Shown piece by piece: positions 18,102-28,452 of a stretch of 32,000 nt of DNA. The position numbers and the translations under genes are program-made. A model generated the notes under the pieces. The model saw only the letters and a list, made by a program, of their open reading frames with translations. It had not been told where the DNA came from and searched no databases. Source of the stretch: Candidatus Hermodarchaeota archaeon (GTDB lineage Archaea; Asgardarchaeota; Heimdallarchaeia; Hodarchaeales; Hodarchaeaceae). How positions within the stretch are numbered: position 1 is the stretch's first letter; the number at the start of each line of letters is the position of its first letter. The stretch is taken from NCBI GenBank assembly GCA_048886185.1, contig JBHLKY010000005.1:201520-233519 (forward strand), written 5' to 3'.

Positions 18102-18881
18102 ATGTCAACAGATACATCTCAAGTTAAATCTAATAGCGAGGAAAGAAATATTCTCCTAGAGGTAAAGAATCTGAGTAAACACTTTGAGGGATTGAAAGCT
18201 GTGAATGAAGTCAGCTTTTCTATACATGCTGGTGAACTTATCGGAGTTATCGGCCCTAATGGTGCGGGGAAAACGACTCTCTTTAATTTATTGACTGGGT
18301 TCTTGAAACCAACTGAAGGTGAAGTCTTTTTTGATGGAAAAAATATTACAGGATGGCCCACTTTTAAAATAGCCAAACTCGGGATTTCACGCACCTTCCA
18401 GCTAGTACGTCCTTTTCGATTCTTGGACGCGTTAGAAAACACTATGGTGCCTCATATTCCCAAAAACTTTTTTGCAAAGTCATCCACACTTCGAAATAAA
18501 GCTATTTGGTCATTAATTACTGTTGATCTAGCGGAAAAGAAGAACTATCCTGCATTCATTTTACCTCATGGAGATTTAAAAAGACTTGATATTGCTAGAT
18601 CCTTTGCAATGCAACCCCGAATTTTATTATTGGATGAACCTTTTTCTGGGCTTAGCTATGAAGAAGCCTTTCGTGTACAACGTTTAATTCGTGATGCTCA
18701 TGAAAAAGGAATGGCGATTGTAATTGTTGAACACAAACTCAAAATATTGATGAAACTGGTTGAGAGAGTCCTAGTTCTTCACCAAGGGAGGTTGATAGGA
18801 GAGGGATCACCAAAAGAAATTGCCAACAATCAAGAAGTTATTAATGCATATTTGGGAACTGAGGCGATGGAATATGCCTAA
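18102..18881 (+). CDS. livG: Branched-chain amino acid ABC ATP-binding protein LivG
   Basis: GPNGAGKTT, RTFQLVRPF, LPHGDLKRLDIAR, LLLDEP and C-terminal VINAYLG. GGTGA RBS. Confidence 0.93.
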   Translation: MSTDTSQVKSNSEERNILLEVKNLSKHFEGLKAVNEVSFSIHAGELIGVIGPNGAGKTTLFNLLTGFLKPTEGEVFFDGKNITGWPTFKIAKLGISRTFQLVRPFRFLDALENTMVPHIPKNFFAKSSTLRNKAIWSLITVDLAEKKNYPAFILPHGDLKRLDIARSFAMQPRILLLDEPFSGLSYEEAFRVQRLIRDAHEKGMAIVIVEHKLKILMKLVERVLVLHQGRLIGEGSPKEIANNQEVINAYLGTEAMEYA

Positions 18882-19656
18882 AAAATCCAACCTATCTCAA
18901 TTACACCTCCTTGAACTTCAAGAAGCAAGTGTTCATTATGGCCGTGCAATTGTACTTGCATCTGTTTCTCTTACGGTTGATACAGGAGAATTAGTTGCAA
19001 TCATTGGCCCAAATGGAACTGGAAAATCAACTCTTCTACGAGCAATATCAGGACTTGTAGAGCTAGAGAGAGGAAAGATCTTTTTTGAAGGAAAACTTGT
19101 AGCAGAGTCCACTAAAAGCGAATTTCGTGTTATGGGTCGAAATAAGTCTTTGAAACCTCATAAAATCGTTGAACTGGGCATTATCCATTGTCCTGAAAGA
19201 CGAAGACTGTTTTCCGAATCATCAGTCAGAGATAACCTTGAGTTAGGTGCATATACTATTAAAGATAGTGAAAAAATTGAAAAAACTATGGAATGGGTCT
19301 TAAAGTTATTCCCTTTTATTGAAGACCGTCTTGATGAAAAAGCTGGTGTATTTTCTGGTGGTGAACAACAAATGATAGCTATTGGTCGTTCTCTCATGGG
19401 AGACCCCAAACTTCTTCTTTTAGATGAACCAAGTTTAGGTCTCGCACCTATGGTTAAACTGAGCATTGTTGATGCAATTAGGCAAATTCAGAAAGCAGGA
19501 ACAACAATTTTGCTAGTTGAGCAAGATGCTAGCATCGCCTTAGAAATGTGCGATAGGGGGTACTTACTTGAAGACGGTAGGATAGAGTTAGAGGGCACAA
19601 GTGAAGAACTGTCAAAAAATGAACATATTAAAGAAGCTTATCTAGGAATCGCATGA
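18874..19656 (+). CDS. livF: Branched-chain amino acid ABC ATP-binding protein LivF
   Basis: GPNGTGKST, CPERRRLF, FSGGEQQMIAIGR, LLLDEPSLGLAP and IKEAYLG. ATG 18874 overlapping the livG stop is preferred over the track start 18820. Confidence 0.93.
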   Translation: MPKKSNLSQLHLLELQEASVHYGRAIVLASVSLTVDTGELVAIIGPNGTGKSTLLRAISGLVELERGKIFFEGKLVAESTKSEFRVMGRNKSLKPHKIVELGIIHCPERRRLFSESSVRDNLELGAYTIKDSEKIEKTMEWVLKLFPFIEDRLDEKAGVFSGGEQQMIAIGRSLMGDPKLLLLDEPSLGLAPMVKLSIVDAIRQIQKAGTTILLVEQDASIALEMCDRGYLLEDGRIELEGTSEELSKNEHIKEAYLGIA

Positions 19657-19792
19657 ATTTCTCTTCTCTTTAAATATGGGATTATATTCAAAAAGCCTTC
19701 AATGGTAATAAAAACTTCATTATATTTTGATTAGCCTTTAATAAGGAAATATCATATATTTCAAATCTATACTAGATTTTAAGGTGAAACTT

Positions 19793-21415
19793 ATGAATTA
19801 TGATCTAATTATTCATAATGGCAGTATCATAGATGGAACGGGAAATCCTCCTCATTTTGCTGATGTGGGTATTCAGGCTGGAAAAATTAGCAAGATTGGT
19901 CAGTTAGGTAAGAATGCTGATAAGAAAATTGATGCTCAGGGTTTAATTGTTTCACCAGGATTTATTGATCCACATAACCATTCAGATTTCGTTATTCCCT
20001 TTGATCCTCGCTTGGAGTCATCTATTCGACAAGGAATCACAACTGCAGTGATAGGTAACTGTGGAGACTCCCTTGCACCGATAAACAAAGAGAGAATTGA
20101 ACTGTTTGAGAAACTGGCAAATATGTTCTCACCGCCAGGAACAAGATTGGACATTACATGGGAAACTTTCAAAGAATATTTGGTAACAATTGAAGCAAGA
20201 GGATGTTCCACAAACATTGTACCACTTGTTGGATTCGGAACTATACGTATAGCTGGTGGTCCAGGATTTGAGGATCGTCCACCTACTTCAGAAGAACTTG
20301 AGTATATGAAACTATATGTCGAAGAGGCCATGGTATCAGGGGCATTTGGAATGAGTACAGGATTAATTTATACTCCCCAAATATACGCTAAAACGAAAGA
20401 AATTGTTGAATTGGCAAAAGTGGTTGCAAAATATGGAGGTACCTACTTCTCTCATATTAGAGGTGAAGGAGCGAATGTTGTTAATGCTGTAAAAGAATTG
20501 ATATATATCGTTGAAGAATCTGGTTGTGTTGGAGGGCAGATTGCACACCACAAAGTCTCGGGCCAACGTTATTGGGGAGCTAGTAAAGAGACATTATCAC
20601 TTATAAAAAAAGCAAATATTAGAGGGATCAATATAAGTTGTGATCAATACCCTTATAATAGAGGTATGACATCCTTAATAACCGTACTTCCCCCCTGGGT
20701 TCATATTGGAGGTATTGATAAAATATTAGAACGTATTAAGAACCCCAAAGAACAGGAGCAAATTAAAAAAGACATTAGTGAAGGTATAGAAGGATGGGAG
20801 AATTGGATTAAAGATGTAGGTTTTGATCGCATTTATATTTCTGCTGTTAAGACACAGAAATGGAAGGAAGTTGAAGGGAAAAGCATTACAGAGATTTCGA
20901 AAATTAAAAATTCAGATGAGTTTACGACATTATTCAATCTCATATTAGAAGAGAAAGGTGAAGTCTCTATTCTTATCGAAAGCATGGGAGAGGACGATAT
21001 TCTGCGAATTATGACAGGAACTTATACAATGGTAGGAACCGATGGATGGGGGGTTGCCCCTACTGGTATTCTAAGCTATGGTAAACCTCACCCACGTTTT
21101 TATGGTACTTACCCTCGAATTTTGGGTAAGTACGTTCGTGAAGAGAAGCTTCTCACCTTGGAGGATGCAATTCGAAGAATGACATCCTTTCCTGCACAAC
21201 GGTTAGGCCTAAAAGATCGAGGGCTAATTAAAGAGGGTATGGCGGCAGATGTTGTTGTTTTTGATAAGAATACAGTAATTGATAAAGCAACATTTAAGAA
21301 TCCACATAGATTCCCGGTTGGTATAAAACATGTCATTGTAAACGGGGAAGTTGTTGTAGAGAGCGAAAAGCAAAAATTATGTCTTCCTGGACAAGTATTA
21401 AGACATAAAAAGTAG
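19793..21415 (+). CDS. N-acyl-D-amino-acid deacylase (D-aminoacylase) family amidohydrolase
   Basis: PGFIDPHNHSD, GITTAVIGNCG, SHIRGE, AHHK and PHPRFYGTYPR. GGTGA RBS 5 nt before ATG 19793. Confidence 0.92.
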   Translation: MNYDLIIHNGSIIDGTGNPPHFADVGIQAGKISKIGQLGKNADKKIDAQGLIVSPGFIDPHNHSDFVIPFDPRLESSIRQGITTAVIGNCGDSLAPINKERIELFEKLANMFSPPGTRLDITWETFKEYLVTIEARGCSTNIVPLVGFGTIRIAGGPGFEDRPPTSEELEYMKLYVEEAMVSGAFGMSTGLIYTPQIYAKTKEIVELAKVVAKYGGTYFSHIRGEGANVVNAVKELIYIVEESGCVGGQIAHHKVSGQRYWGASKETLSLIKKANIRGINISCDQYPYNRGMTSLITVLPPWVHIGGIDKILERIKNPKEQEQIKKDISEGIEGWENWIKDVGFDRIYISAVKTQKWKEVEGKSITEISKIKNSDEFTTLFNLILEEKGEVSILIESMGEDDILRIMTGTYTMVGTDGWGVAPTGILSYGKPHPRFYGTYPRILGKYVREEKLLTLEDAIRRMTSFPAQRLGLKDRGLIKEGMAADVVVFDKNTVIDKATFKNPHRFPVGIKHVIVNGEVVVESEKQKLCLPGQVLRHKK

Positions 21416-21425
21416 TTTCGGGTCT

Positions 21426-22412
21426 ATGGTAGTGAAGACGATGAATATCAGGTTGGATATGAATGAAATACCTTATCCTCCCCCTAAGAATGTGATTAAG
21501 GCCGCTGAAAAGGGTTTAGCATCATTAAATAGATATGCTTCCCTTGAAGAACGAGAATTGATAAAAAAGCAGATTGCAAAGTATTCAGGGATACCCAAAA
21601 AAAACATTATTGCTTACCCTGGTTCAGACCTGATATTAAGAGAAATTGTTCACATCTTTTCAAAGGAGAGGAAGGTGATCATGGTATATCCTACATTTTT
21701 TCCTACCTATTACGCAGCAAAGCAATTTGGTAAGGAAATGACTGAAATTTCACTCGAGCCACCAGAATTCAACCTGAATACAGAGCTACTTTTCAATGAA
21801 CTGAATGAACCCTCTTTGGTGATTATTGATAATCCTAATAATCCAACAGGTAAAATTTTACTTGATAAAATTACTGTTGAAACCATTCTAGAGAATACAA
21901 ACTCTATACTTGTAATTGACGAGGCATATTATGAGTTTACTAATTTTTCTTTCGTGCACTTCGTAAAAAAATATCCAAACCTCGCCATTGGAAGAACAAT
22001 CTCAAAAGCTTTTGGTTTAGCGGGTACACGAATTGGATATATTATTGGAGGGGAGATCTTTATGGATGTCTTTTCCTCTGTGTCTATAATGCTACCACAG
22101 GTAAGTTTATTAGCAGCAATCGAGGCTTTGAAGAATCCTGAATATATTCAGAAGAATATTGAAATTACAATAAAGGAAAGGGAAAGGGTAAAAAGAGAAT
22201 TAGAAGAAATTGGTATCCAGGTTTATCCTAGTACTACTAATTTTCTTCTGATCAATACTAATCTACCCGATATAGGACCACAACTGATTAAATACGGTAT
22301 ATTAGTGTTTGATCTTTCCAACCGTTGGCACTCGGGGTTTATCCGAGTTACAATCGGGACAGAACAGGAAAATGACATTTTTTTATCAACAATGAAAAAA
22401 ATATTACATTGA
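21426..22412 (+). CDS. Histidinol-phosphate aminotransferase (HisC/CobD) family PLP enzyme
   Basis: RLDMNEIPY, PNNPTG, IDEAYYEF, TISKAFGLAGTRIGY, TNFLL and IRVTIG. Alternative start 21441. Confidence 0.88.
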   Translation: MVVKTMNIRLDMNEIPYPPPKNVIKAAEKGLASLNRYASLEERELIKKQIAKYSGIPKKNIIAYPGSDLILREIVHIFSKERKVIMVYPTFFPTYYAAKQFGKEMTEISLEPPEFNLNTELLFNELNEPSLVIIDNPNNPTGKILLDKITVETILENTNSILVIDEAYYEFTNFSFVHFVKKYPNLAIGRTISKAFGLAGTRIGYIIGGEIFMDVFSSVSIMLPQVSLLAAIEALKNPEYIQKNIEITIKERERVKRELEEIGIQVYPSTTNFLLINTNLPDIGPQLIKYGILVFDLSNRWHSGFIRVTIGTEQENDIFLSTMKKILH

Positions 22413-22435
22413 ATAGCTGTAAGGAGTGGTAGGTC

Positions 22436-23191
22436 ATGGGAATAAGAGTAGAAAAAAAGAAGGTTCTTTGGACTATTATTATAGACAATCCTGAGGTTAA
22501 AAATGCTGTTGATGGCCCAACAGCAGCAGTCTTAACTAAAGCATTTAAAGATTTTGAAGCTGATAAGGAAGCTCGGTCAGCTGTACTTTGGGGAGACAAT
22601 GGATGTTTCTGTTCTGGAGCAAATCTGAAAGCTATTCACACAGATCTTGGAAATCGAATTAATAAAACAGGGGACGGACCAATGGGTCCAACTAGGTTGT
22701 TTTTATCGAAACCTGTTATTGCAGCTGTAGCTGGTTATGCAGTTGCAGGAGGGCTTGAGCTAGCCCTTTGGTGCGACCTACGAGTAATTGAGAAAAATGC
22801 AGTTTTTGGAGTTTTTTCAAGGCGTTGGGGTGTCCCATTGATTGATGGGGGTACAGTACGTTTACCTCGATTGATTGGATTAAGTAGAGCACTCGATATA
22901 ATTCTTACAGGACGACCTGTGTATGCTGAGGAAGCCCTCGCAATAGGTTTAGCAAACCGAGTTGTCGATGAAGGCCAATCGAGAGTGGAGGCCGAAAAAT
23001 TAGCACTTCAGATTACTAAATATCCCCAAACGTGCCTTAGAGAAGACCGACTTTCTACTTATGAACAGAGTAATTTGAATATGAAGAATGCCTTAAAGAA
23101 TGAGTTCGATCATGGATTAAGATCTCTTAAAGAAGCATCAGAAGGAATAAATAGATTTATTAATGGTGAGGGACGCCATGGTCAATTCTAA
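22436..23191 (+). CDS. Crotonase/enoyl-CoA hydratase superfamily protein
   Basis: PEVKNAV, FCSGANL, KPVIAAVAGYAVAGGLELALWCDLR and GGTVRLPRLIG. Confidence 0.92.
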   Translation: MGIRVEKKKVLWTIIIDNPEVKNAVDGPTAAVLTKAFKDFEADKEARSAVLWGDNGCFCSGANLKAIHTDLGNRINKTGDGPMGPTRLFLSKPVIAAVAGYAVAGGLELALWCDLRVIEKNAVFGVFSRRWGVPLIDGGTVRLPRLIGLSRALDIILTGRPVYAEEALAIGLANRVVDEGQSRVEAEKLALQITKYPQTCLREDRLSTYEQSNLNMKNALKNEFDHGLRSLKEASEGINRFINGEGRHGQF

Positions 23192-23222
23192 GTCTTTAGA
23201 GTGAAATCAACTTATTTTACTT

Positions 23223-24092
23223 CTAATCTTGAAGGAATTTTACTAGGAATGGATTCACTATATCTGGATGTGTATATTGAGGCATATGCCCACATTCTTT
23301 AATCGAATGAAATTTTATTGATGGAATGGCTGCACGCACCTTTTGACTTGTTGAATAAGGGATAGTTTTATCCTGTTCCCCCCAAAAGAGCTGTATTGGC
23401 AATTTCCGTTTTCCAAGCCTCTTGTATGTCTCCTTCAGATTGTTGAAGGGTGTATTCAATGTAGTAGATTGTATTGCTTGAAGAAAACCTTTATATTTCA
23501 TCTGTTCCATGTATTTCTCGAGATATCCCTCTATATTTTCAGACTCAAAGAAGTCTTCCTTTTGGGCATTAATTATCCTATTGTGATTAAGATAGAATCT
23601 TAACATTAATTTATTTAAAACTGGTATCTTCAAGATTGATAACAGAAAGTTTCTGCTAATTGAAAAACCGATTGGATCTACCAATGACACTTTTTTAACT
23701 AGTTCTGGATATTTATCAGCAAATACAACACATATCCCCCCTCCCATTGAGAGTCCAACAAGATTGATCTTCTTATTTGTCAGATCAAGCTTATGGATTA
23801 ATTCATGAAGTTGTTGAACGAAAAATTCCATATTATATTTAACTTGAGGACGATCAGAATAACCACGACCATATAAGTCATATCTTAAGACCTTAAATCC
23901 TTCTTCAACTAACTTATCAAATGTGAAATCCCAAACAAACAACGGGGATGAGAACCCATGCACTAATACGACAATATCAGCATCAACAGGTCCATTTAAT
24001 TCGTAATGTACAAATCCATTTGATAATTGAATAAATTCTCCCGGAAGTGATTCTCTTGTCTTACTATCTAACTCCATATATTCATAGTTCAT
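23223..24092 (-). CDS. Alpha/beta-fold hydrolase
   Basis: LVHGFS, YDLYGRGYS, nucleophile elbow GLSMGG, WGEQD and CGH. Confidence 0.92.
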   Translation of the reverse strand: MNYEYMELDSKTRESLPGEFIQLSNGFVHYELNGPVDADIVVLVHGFSSPLFVWDFTFDKLVEEGFKVLRYDLYGRGYSDRPQVKYNMEFFVQQLHELIHKLDLTNKKINLVGLSMGGGICVVFADKYPELVKKVSLVDPIGFSISRNFLLSILKIPVLNKLMLRFYLNHNRIINAQKEDFFESENIEGYLEKYMEQMKYKGFLQAIQSTTLNTPFNNLKETYKRLGKRKLPIQLFWGEQDKTIPYSTSQKVRAAIPSIKFHSIKECGHMPQYTHPDIVNPFLVKFLQD

Positions 24093-24147
24093 ATTTTATA
24101 ACACTCATTTCTTGTATTTTACCTTTTCTAAGGATTTTTCTCCTTGA

Positions 24148-24966
24148 TTATGGGTTTTTTGCTTTGATTATCATTGAAAAGGGAATTATTCTAATCACAC
24201 GTACAAATTTCTTGATGTATTCTTCATATATGTCATTTACTACAGAGATGTAGGGGATCTTCAAGGATGCTTCTTCATCCATACTAGCTAGATCAAAGGC
24301 TTGAGGTTCCTCTATTCGTAGTATTTGTAATCCGGTTTCAATACAACCGTTAATAATCTCAGATATTGACCAATTCCCTTGATTAAACGTAGCAGTTGTT
24401 CCATCAAAGCAAAGCCAATCCCATACATCTCGACTTTTATTAAAATAATTTCCTACTTTATTTAAATCTCCCTCTTCTAATGCTGGTCCTACAGTCAACC
24501 AGATTGGATGTTCAAAACAGAAAACTAAAAATCCTTTAGGTTTTAAGACACGAGCAGTTTCCTTGAACACCGCTCTCAAATCATCTGCATAACCAATAGC
24601 ATGCGATGAAATTACAATATCGAAAATATTACTCTCAAATTGTCCTAAATCTTCCATTCTTCCCTGTACAAACTTGGTTTTTACCCCTTCCTTTTTTGCT
24701 AGTTTTTTTGCATATTCTAGTTGAATTTCCGATATATCTAATCCGATTACTTCTGCTCCCCATTTGGTTAAAACAATCGAGTTCTGACCTCCTCCACATC
24801 CGAGTTCTAAAATTTTTTTGCCCTTTACATTACCAAGTAAATTTAAATCTCTTTCACCAGGAGCAACAGGGCCATAATGAACATCCTCTAATGAAATTCG
24901 CTTCTCATCTTGATATGATTTTGAAATAGCGTTCCAACTTTCTCTATTTTGAATATTTTTCACCAA
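24148..24966 (-). CDS. Class I SAM-dependent methyltransferase
   Basis: Motif I ILELGCGGG, GLDISEIQL, FDIVIS and RVLKPKG. Start TTG 24966 or GTG 24963. Confidence 0.9.
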   Translation of the reverse strand: MVKNIQNRESWNAISKSYQDEKRISLEDVHYGPVAPGERDLNLLGNVKGKKILELGCGGGQNSIVLTKWGAEVIGLDISEIQLEYAKKLAKKEGVKTKFVQGRMEDLGQFESNIFDIVISSHAIGYADDLRAVFKETARVLKPKGFLVFCFEHPIWLTVGPALEEGDLNKVGNYFNKSRDVWDWLCFDGTTATFNQGNWSISEIINGCIETGLQILRIEEPQAFDLASMDEEASLKIPYISVVNDIYEEYIKKFVRVIRIIPFSMIIKAKNP

Positions 24967-25593
24967 GAAGACCTCTGAATCTATTCGACTAGTTTAAATA
25001 AGAATCTTTTGAAATACTTCCCAAGTTTCAACACTGTCAATTTCTGATCTTTGCTAAACGCTTAGTTCTTGTAAAATTACAGTTCTTGAATAGATATTAT
25101 GCTACTGTACACTATCTGATTGAAAGGCAGAAATGCCAATTTAGGTATCTTCAGTACCAACCCGAATAACTGGATAGAGTTGTGGTAGTACAAAAAGAGT
25201 CATAGCTTCTATTGTCAAAAGTGATATAACAATACTTCCAATATATTCTGTTCTAGACATATTAATTAAATCTTGTTATTTTAATTGAGAGAAAAATGAT
25301 TCTTAATGTTAGGATTACTATTAAATATAGAATTTTTTAAGCATTATCTAATCTAACTACAATTTATCTGCTCTATTTCATTAGTTATCCTTTATTACCC
25401 AACTATAGAAAGAAAAATAATTACCTAACGCCTGCAAAGATTATAAAGTTAAAATCTACTACCTTTTCACACGAACCTCCTTTTTTTCCCATAATGTTAA
25501 ATTTGCCCTATATTTCAACACTTAAGAATTTTCAAGGATTAGAATCCCATATCTTTTTAAAAGTAAGATAATAAAAATATAGTAAATTAATCA

Positions 25594-26166
25594 ATGGCGG
25601 TTTATTCTATGAAATCATCATTTCAGGGCTATTCTGAAGAACCACTTGTAATCTTAAAACCCAAATACCTAAAATTAATTGCATTGTTAAAATCAATACC
25701 TATAGCTGTCTTTCTGGGATTATTTGGGGGAATAGGTGTCTTGATGGTGACCTTAATAGCGAGTAGTGAGCCAACCATTAGTGGAACTGTGGATTCTACC
25801 TCGACAATGATGCTTTTTGGGGGTACCGTTGGATTTTTTTTGTTAGGAGCAATTCTATCAATTTGGTATCGAAATACCTCGATTAGTCATATCGAGTATC
25901 GAATTTTTCCTAATCGTATCGAATACTTTGAGGGACTCTTTACTGTGGAACAAAAAACCATCAAATTTGACGATGTCTCTGAGATCTATTTACGTAAAGG
26001 GGTATTACAAAAGCGATATAATTTGGGTTCTATTTTTTTAATGACAAAAGGCTTGATGATTCCCATGGTTGGGATGCGAGGAAATCTTGGGGGAATGATT
26101 CTCCGTGATATTGAAGATCCCGATGTGATTTACCAACAGCTCAAACAACTCAAAGACACAGGGTAA
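25594..26166 (+). CDS. Membrane protein with bacterial PH (bPH_2, YdbS-like) domain
   Basis: Two TM helices, then EYRIFPNRIEYFEGLF..EQKTIKFDDVSEI....LQKRYNLGSI. Confidence 0.8.
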   Translation: MAVYSMKSSFQGYSEEPLVILKPKYLKLIALLKSIPIAVFLGLFGGIGVLMVTLIASSEPTISGTVDSTSTMMLFGGTVGFFLLGAILSIWYRNTSISHIEYRIFPNRIEYFEGLFTVEQKTIKFDDVSEIYLRKGVLQKRYNLGSIFLMTKGLMIPMVGMRGNLGGMILRDIEDPDVIYQQLKQLKDTG

Positions 26167-26686
26167 GTCTAACATCATGATTCAGTGAGTGATATTGTCG
26201 TTTATTAATGTAGTTGCTTCATATCATTCTTTATGAATTACGGTGAAATTTTTTCCCATCAAATATATAATGAAAAAAGTATCGTCGTTTATTGCATAGC
26301 TGTTATATAATTCTTTGAAATACGTGTATGATTCACAAACAACTGTTTTTCAGAACAAATGAGTTATCTTTAATTTACTACATTCCTCATTCCTAATTTT
26401 ATTAAACTCAAAAAAATTTACTCAATTTAATTTTTGGGATTAATTTGATTGCTAAAAAAGGAATTGGAAATGAAATGGCTGATTATTTCTTCAGAATCAT
26501 TATGATCCTCTATATTGTTGTTTTAGGTCTCATACTATATTTTTTTGGTCAAAAATCCCCCAAATTATATAATACGGATCCTCAACGATATTTAACAACA
26601 TTTAACAAACATCTTCAAACGACACTTTGACGACATTAATGTTTGAAAATAAAAGATATCACAGAACGAAATAACTCTTTTAGTTG

Positions 26687-27748
26687 TTAACGAAAGAATT
26701 GTTTCATTACTGTAATCATCTGTTGAGTACAGAAGTCAATATCTTCCTTTACAATACTATAATGAGTAACTAAACGAATTTTATTTCCCTTATTTAGAAC
26801 TAAAACACCGTTCTTTGCCAATATTGTCACCAATTTTTCCATTGGCGTAGTTGTTGGAAATTCTACCCAAATTATATTTGTTTCTGGCATACAAACTTCT
26901 ATTGGAAGTGATTCTTCCTTCAATACTTGCGCTAATCGAGTTGCATTAACATGATCTTCTTCAAGACGGTTTATCCAATTCTCCTGTAATGCAACAAGCC
27001 CCATGATAGCAATAATTCCGGCTTGGCGCATACCTCCACCTAACATTTTTCGAAATTTCCTCGCTTTGGTAATAAACTCTTGAGGTCCGACAACAATTGA
27101 CCCAATTGGACATGAAAGGCCTTTCGAAAGGCAAAATGTCATACTATTGACATATTGAGAAAATTCGGTAACTGGTGTTTTCAATGCCACTGCTGCATTA
27201 AAAATTCGAGCACCATCCATATGAATTCTCATCTCATTATTTCTGAGAGCAAAATCATTAAGATCTTTCAAATATGAAGGCGGAATGACAGTGCCACCAT
27301 GATTATTGTGTGTGTTTTCAACACAGATCAATGTTGTCCAAGCTTGATGATCATCATCCCGAGGACGAATTAATGGTTGTAAATCATCATTTATAGAAGC
27401 TATCCCTTTATTAGAAGAGTATGCCCTTGGTGTTAATCCACCAACTCGAGCAGCACTCCCCACCTCATAGAATAAGATATGACTTGCAGATTCTACCAGT
27501 ATTTCATCCCCAGGGCAAGTAGAACTAAGTAAAGACACTAAATTTCCTTGAGAGCCAGATGTGACTAATAATCCAGCTTCCATGCCTGTAACTTTTGCTG
27601 CAGTTTCTTCTAGCTCATTAACAGTTGGATCCTCACGAAAAACATCATCACCAATCTTTGAATCATCCAATGATTTTAATGCTTCCCACATCTCAGGAGA
27701 GGGTTTTGTTACAGTATCAGATCTAAGATCGACTATTTTGTTTTGCAT
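26687..27748 (-). CDS. ltaE: Low-specificity L-threonine aldolase
   Basis: DLRSDTVTKP, GDDVFREDPT, ENTHN, HMDGARIFNA, CLSKGL and GGGMRQAG. ATG 27748 preferred over 27760. Confidence 0.93.
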   Translation of the reverse strand: MQNKIVDLRSDTVTKPSPEMWEALKSLDDSKIGDDVFREDPTVNELEETAAKVTGMEAGLLVTSGSQGNLVSLLSSTCPGDEILVESASHILFYEVGSAARVGGLTPRAYSSNKGIASINDDLQPLIRPRDDDHQAWTTLICVENTHNNHGGTVIPPSYLKDLNDFALRNNEMRIHMDGARIFNAAVALKTPVTEFSQYVNSMTFCLSKGLSCPIGSIVVGPQEFITKARKFRKMLGGGMRQAGIIAIMGLVALQENWINRLEEDHVNATRLAQVLKEESLPIEVCMPETNIIWVEFPTTTPMEKLVTILAKNGVLVLNKGNKIRLVTHYSIVKEDIDFCTQQMITVMKQFFR

Positions 27749-27945
27749 TTTTTTACACATCCAATAATTCAGTTAGGTGAGGCAATAACTAAAGTATTGT
27801 GATAATAAAGAGTGTAATGAGAATAATTTCAATCACAATGAGAAAATTTACCAATTTTTACACTGATTCAACCTAGAGAAGAGACAAATAAAATGATTAT
27901 TATTTAGAAATAAATTCAAAATGAGTATTCAATTGATATTGATAT

Positions 27946-28452
27946 GTGATGAACATCATGAGAGATATTCGTCGTAAAGAAAAAGCTATCACAGATGAAA
28001 ATGAAATGAAACAAATACTTCAAAGCGCCCAATATATTACCATTGCCATGTGTAAAGACAACCAACCTTATCTTGTTACTCTAAGTCATGGATATGATCC
28101 AGAAAGAGGACTACTCTTTTTTCATTGCGCATCAGATGGGAAAAAGATAGATTATTTAACCTCAAATAACGTTGTTTGGGGACAAGCCCTGATTGATCTC
28201 GGATATGCTCAAGGGGCTTGTGACCATCTTTATGCAACTACTCAATTTAAGGGAAAAGTGTCTTTTATTCAGGATTTGGAAGAGAAAAGACAGGCTCTAA
28301 TCAATATGATTCAAAAACTTGATGAAAAGCCTCAAATGATTATTAACAAGCAACTCACAGATAAATCGATAGCAAAAGTAACAATTGGTCAGATAGATAT
28401 CGAGGATATGACTGGAAAAAAGCAGAAAACCGTAGAAATAACGATGTTTTAA
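27946..28452 (+). CDS. Pyridoxamine 5'-phosphate oxidase-like flavin-binding protein (NimA/NimC-like)
   Basis: IRRKEKAI, PYLVTLSHGY, FFHCASDGKKIDYL..N and MTGK. Alternative starts 27949 and 27958. Confidence 0.88.
   Translation: MMNIMRDIRRKEKAITDENEMKQILQSAQYITIAMCKDNQPYLVTLSHGYDPERGLLFFHCASDGKKIDYLTSNNVVWGQALIDLGYAQGACDHLYATTQFKGKVSFIQDLEEKRQALINMIQKLDEKPQMIINKQLTDKSIAKVTIGQIDIEDMTGKKQKTVEITMF

Noticed and set aside
25141-25260. 39-aa hydrophobic ORF on the minus strand (MSRTEYIGSIVISLLTIEAM...)
   Set aside because: Too short, with no recognisable motif or RBS; AT-rich DNA readily yields hydrophobic peptides.
26445-26630. 61-aa single-TM ORF
   Set aside because: Plausible small membrane protein, but there is no supporting motif, so it is not reported as a feature.
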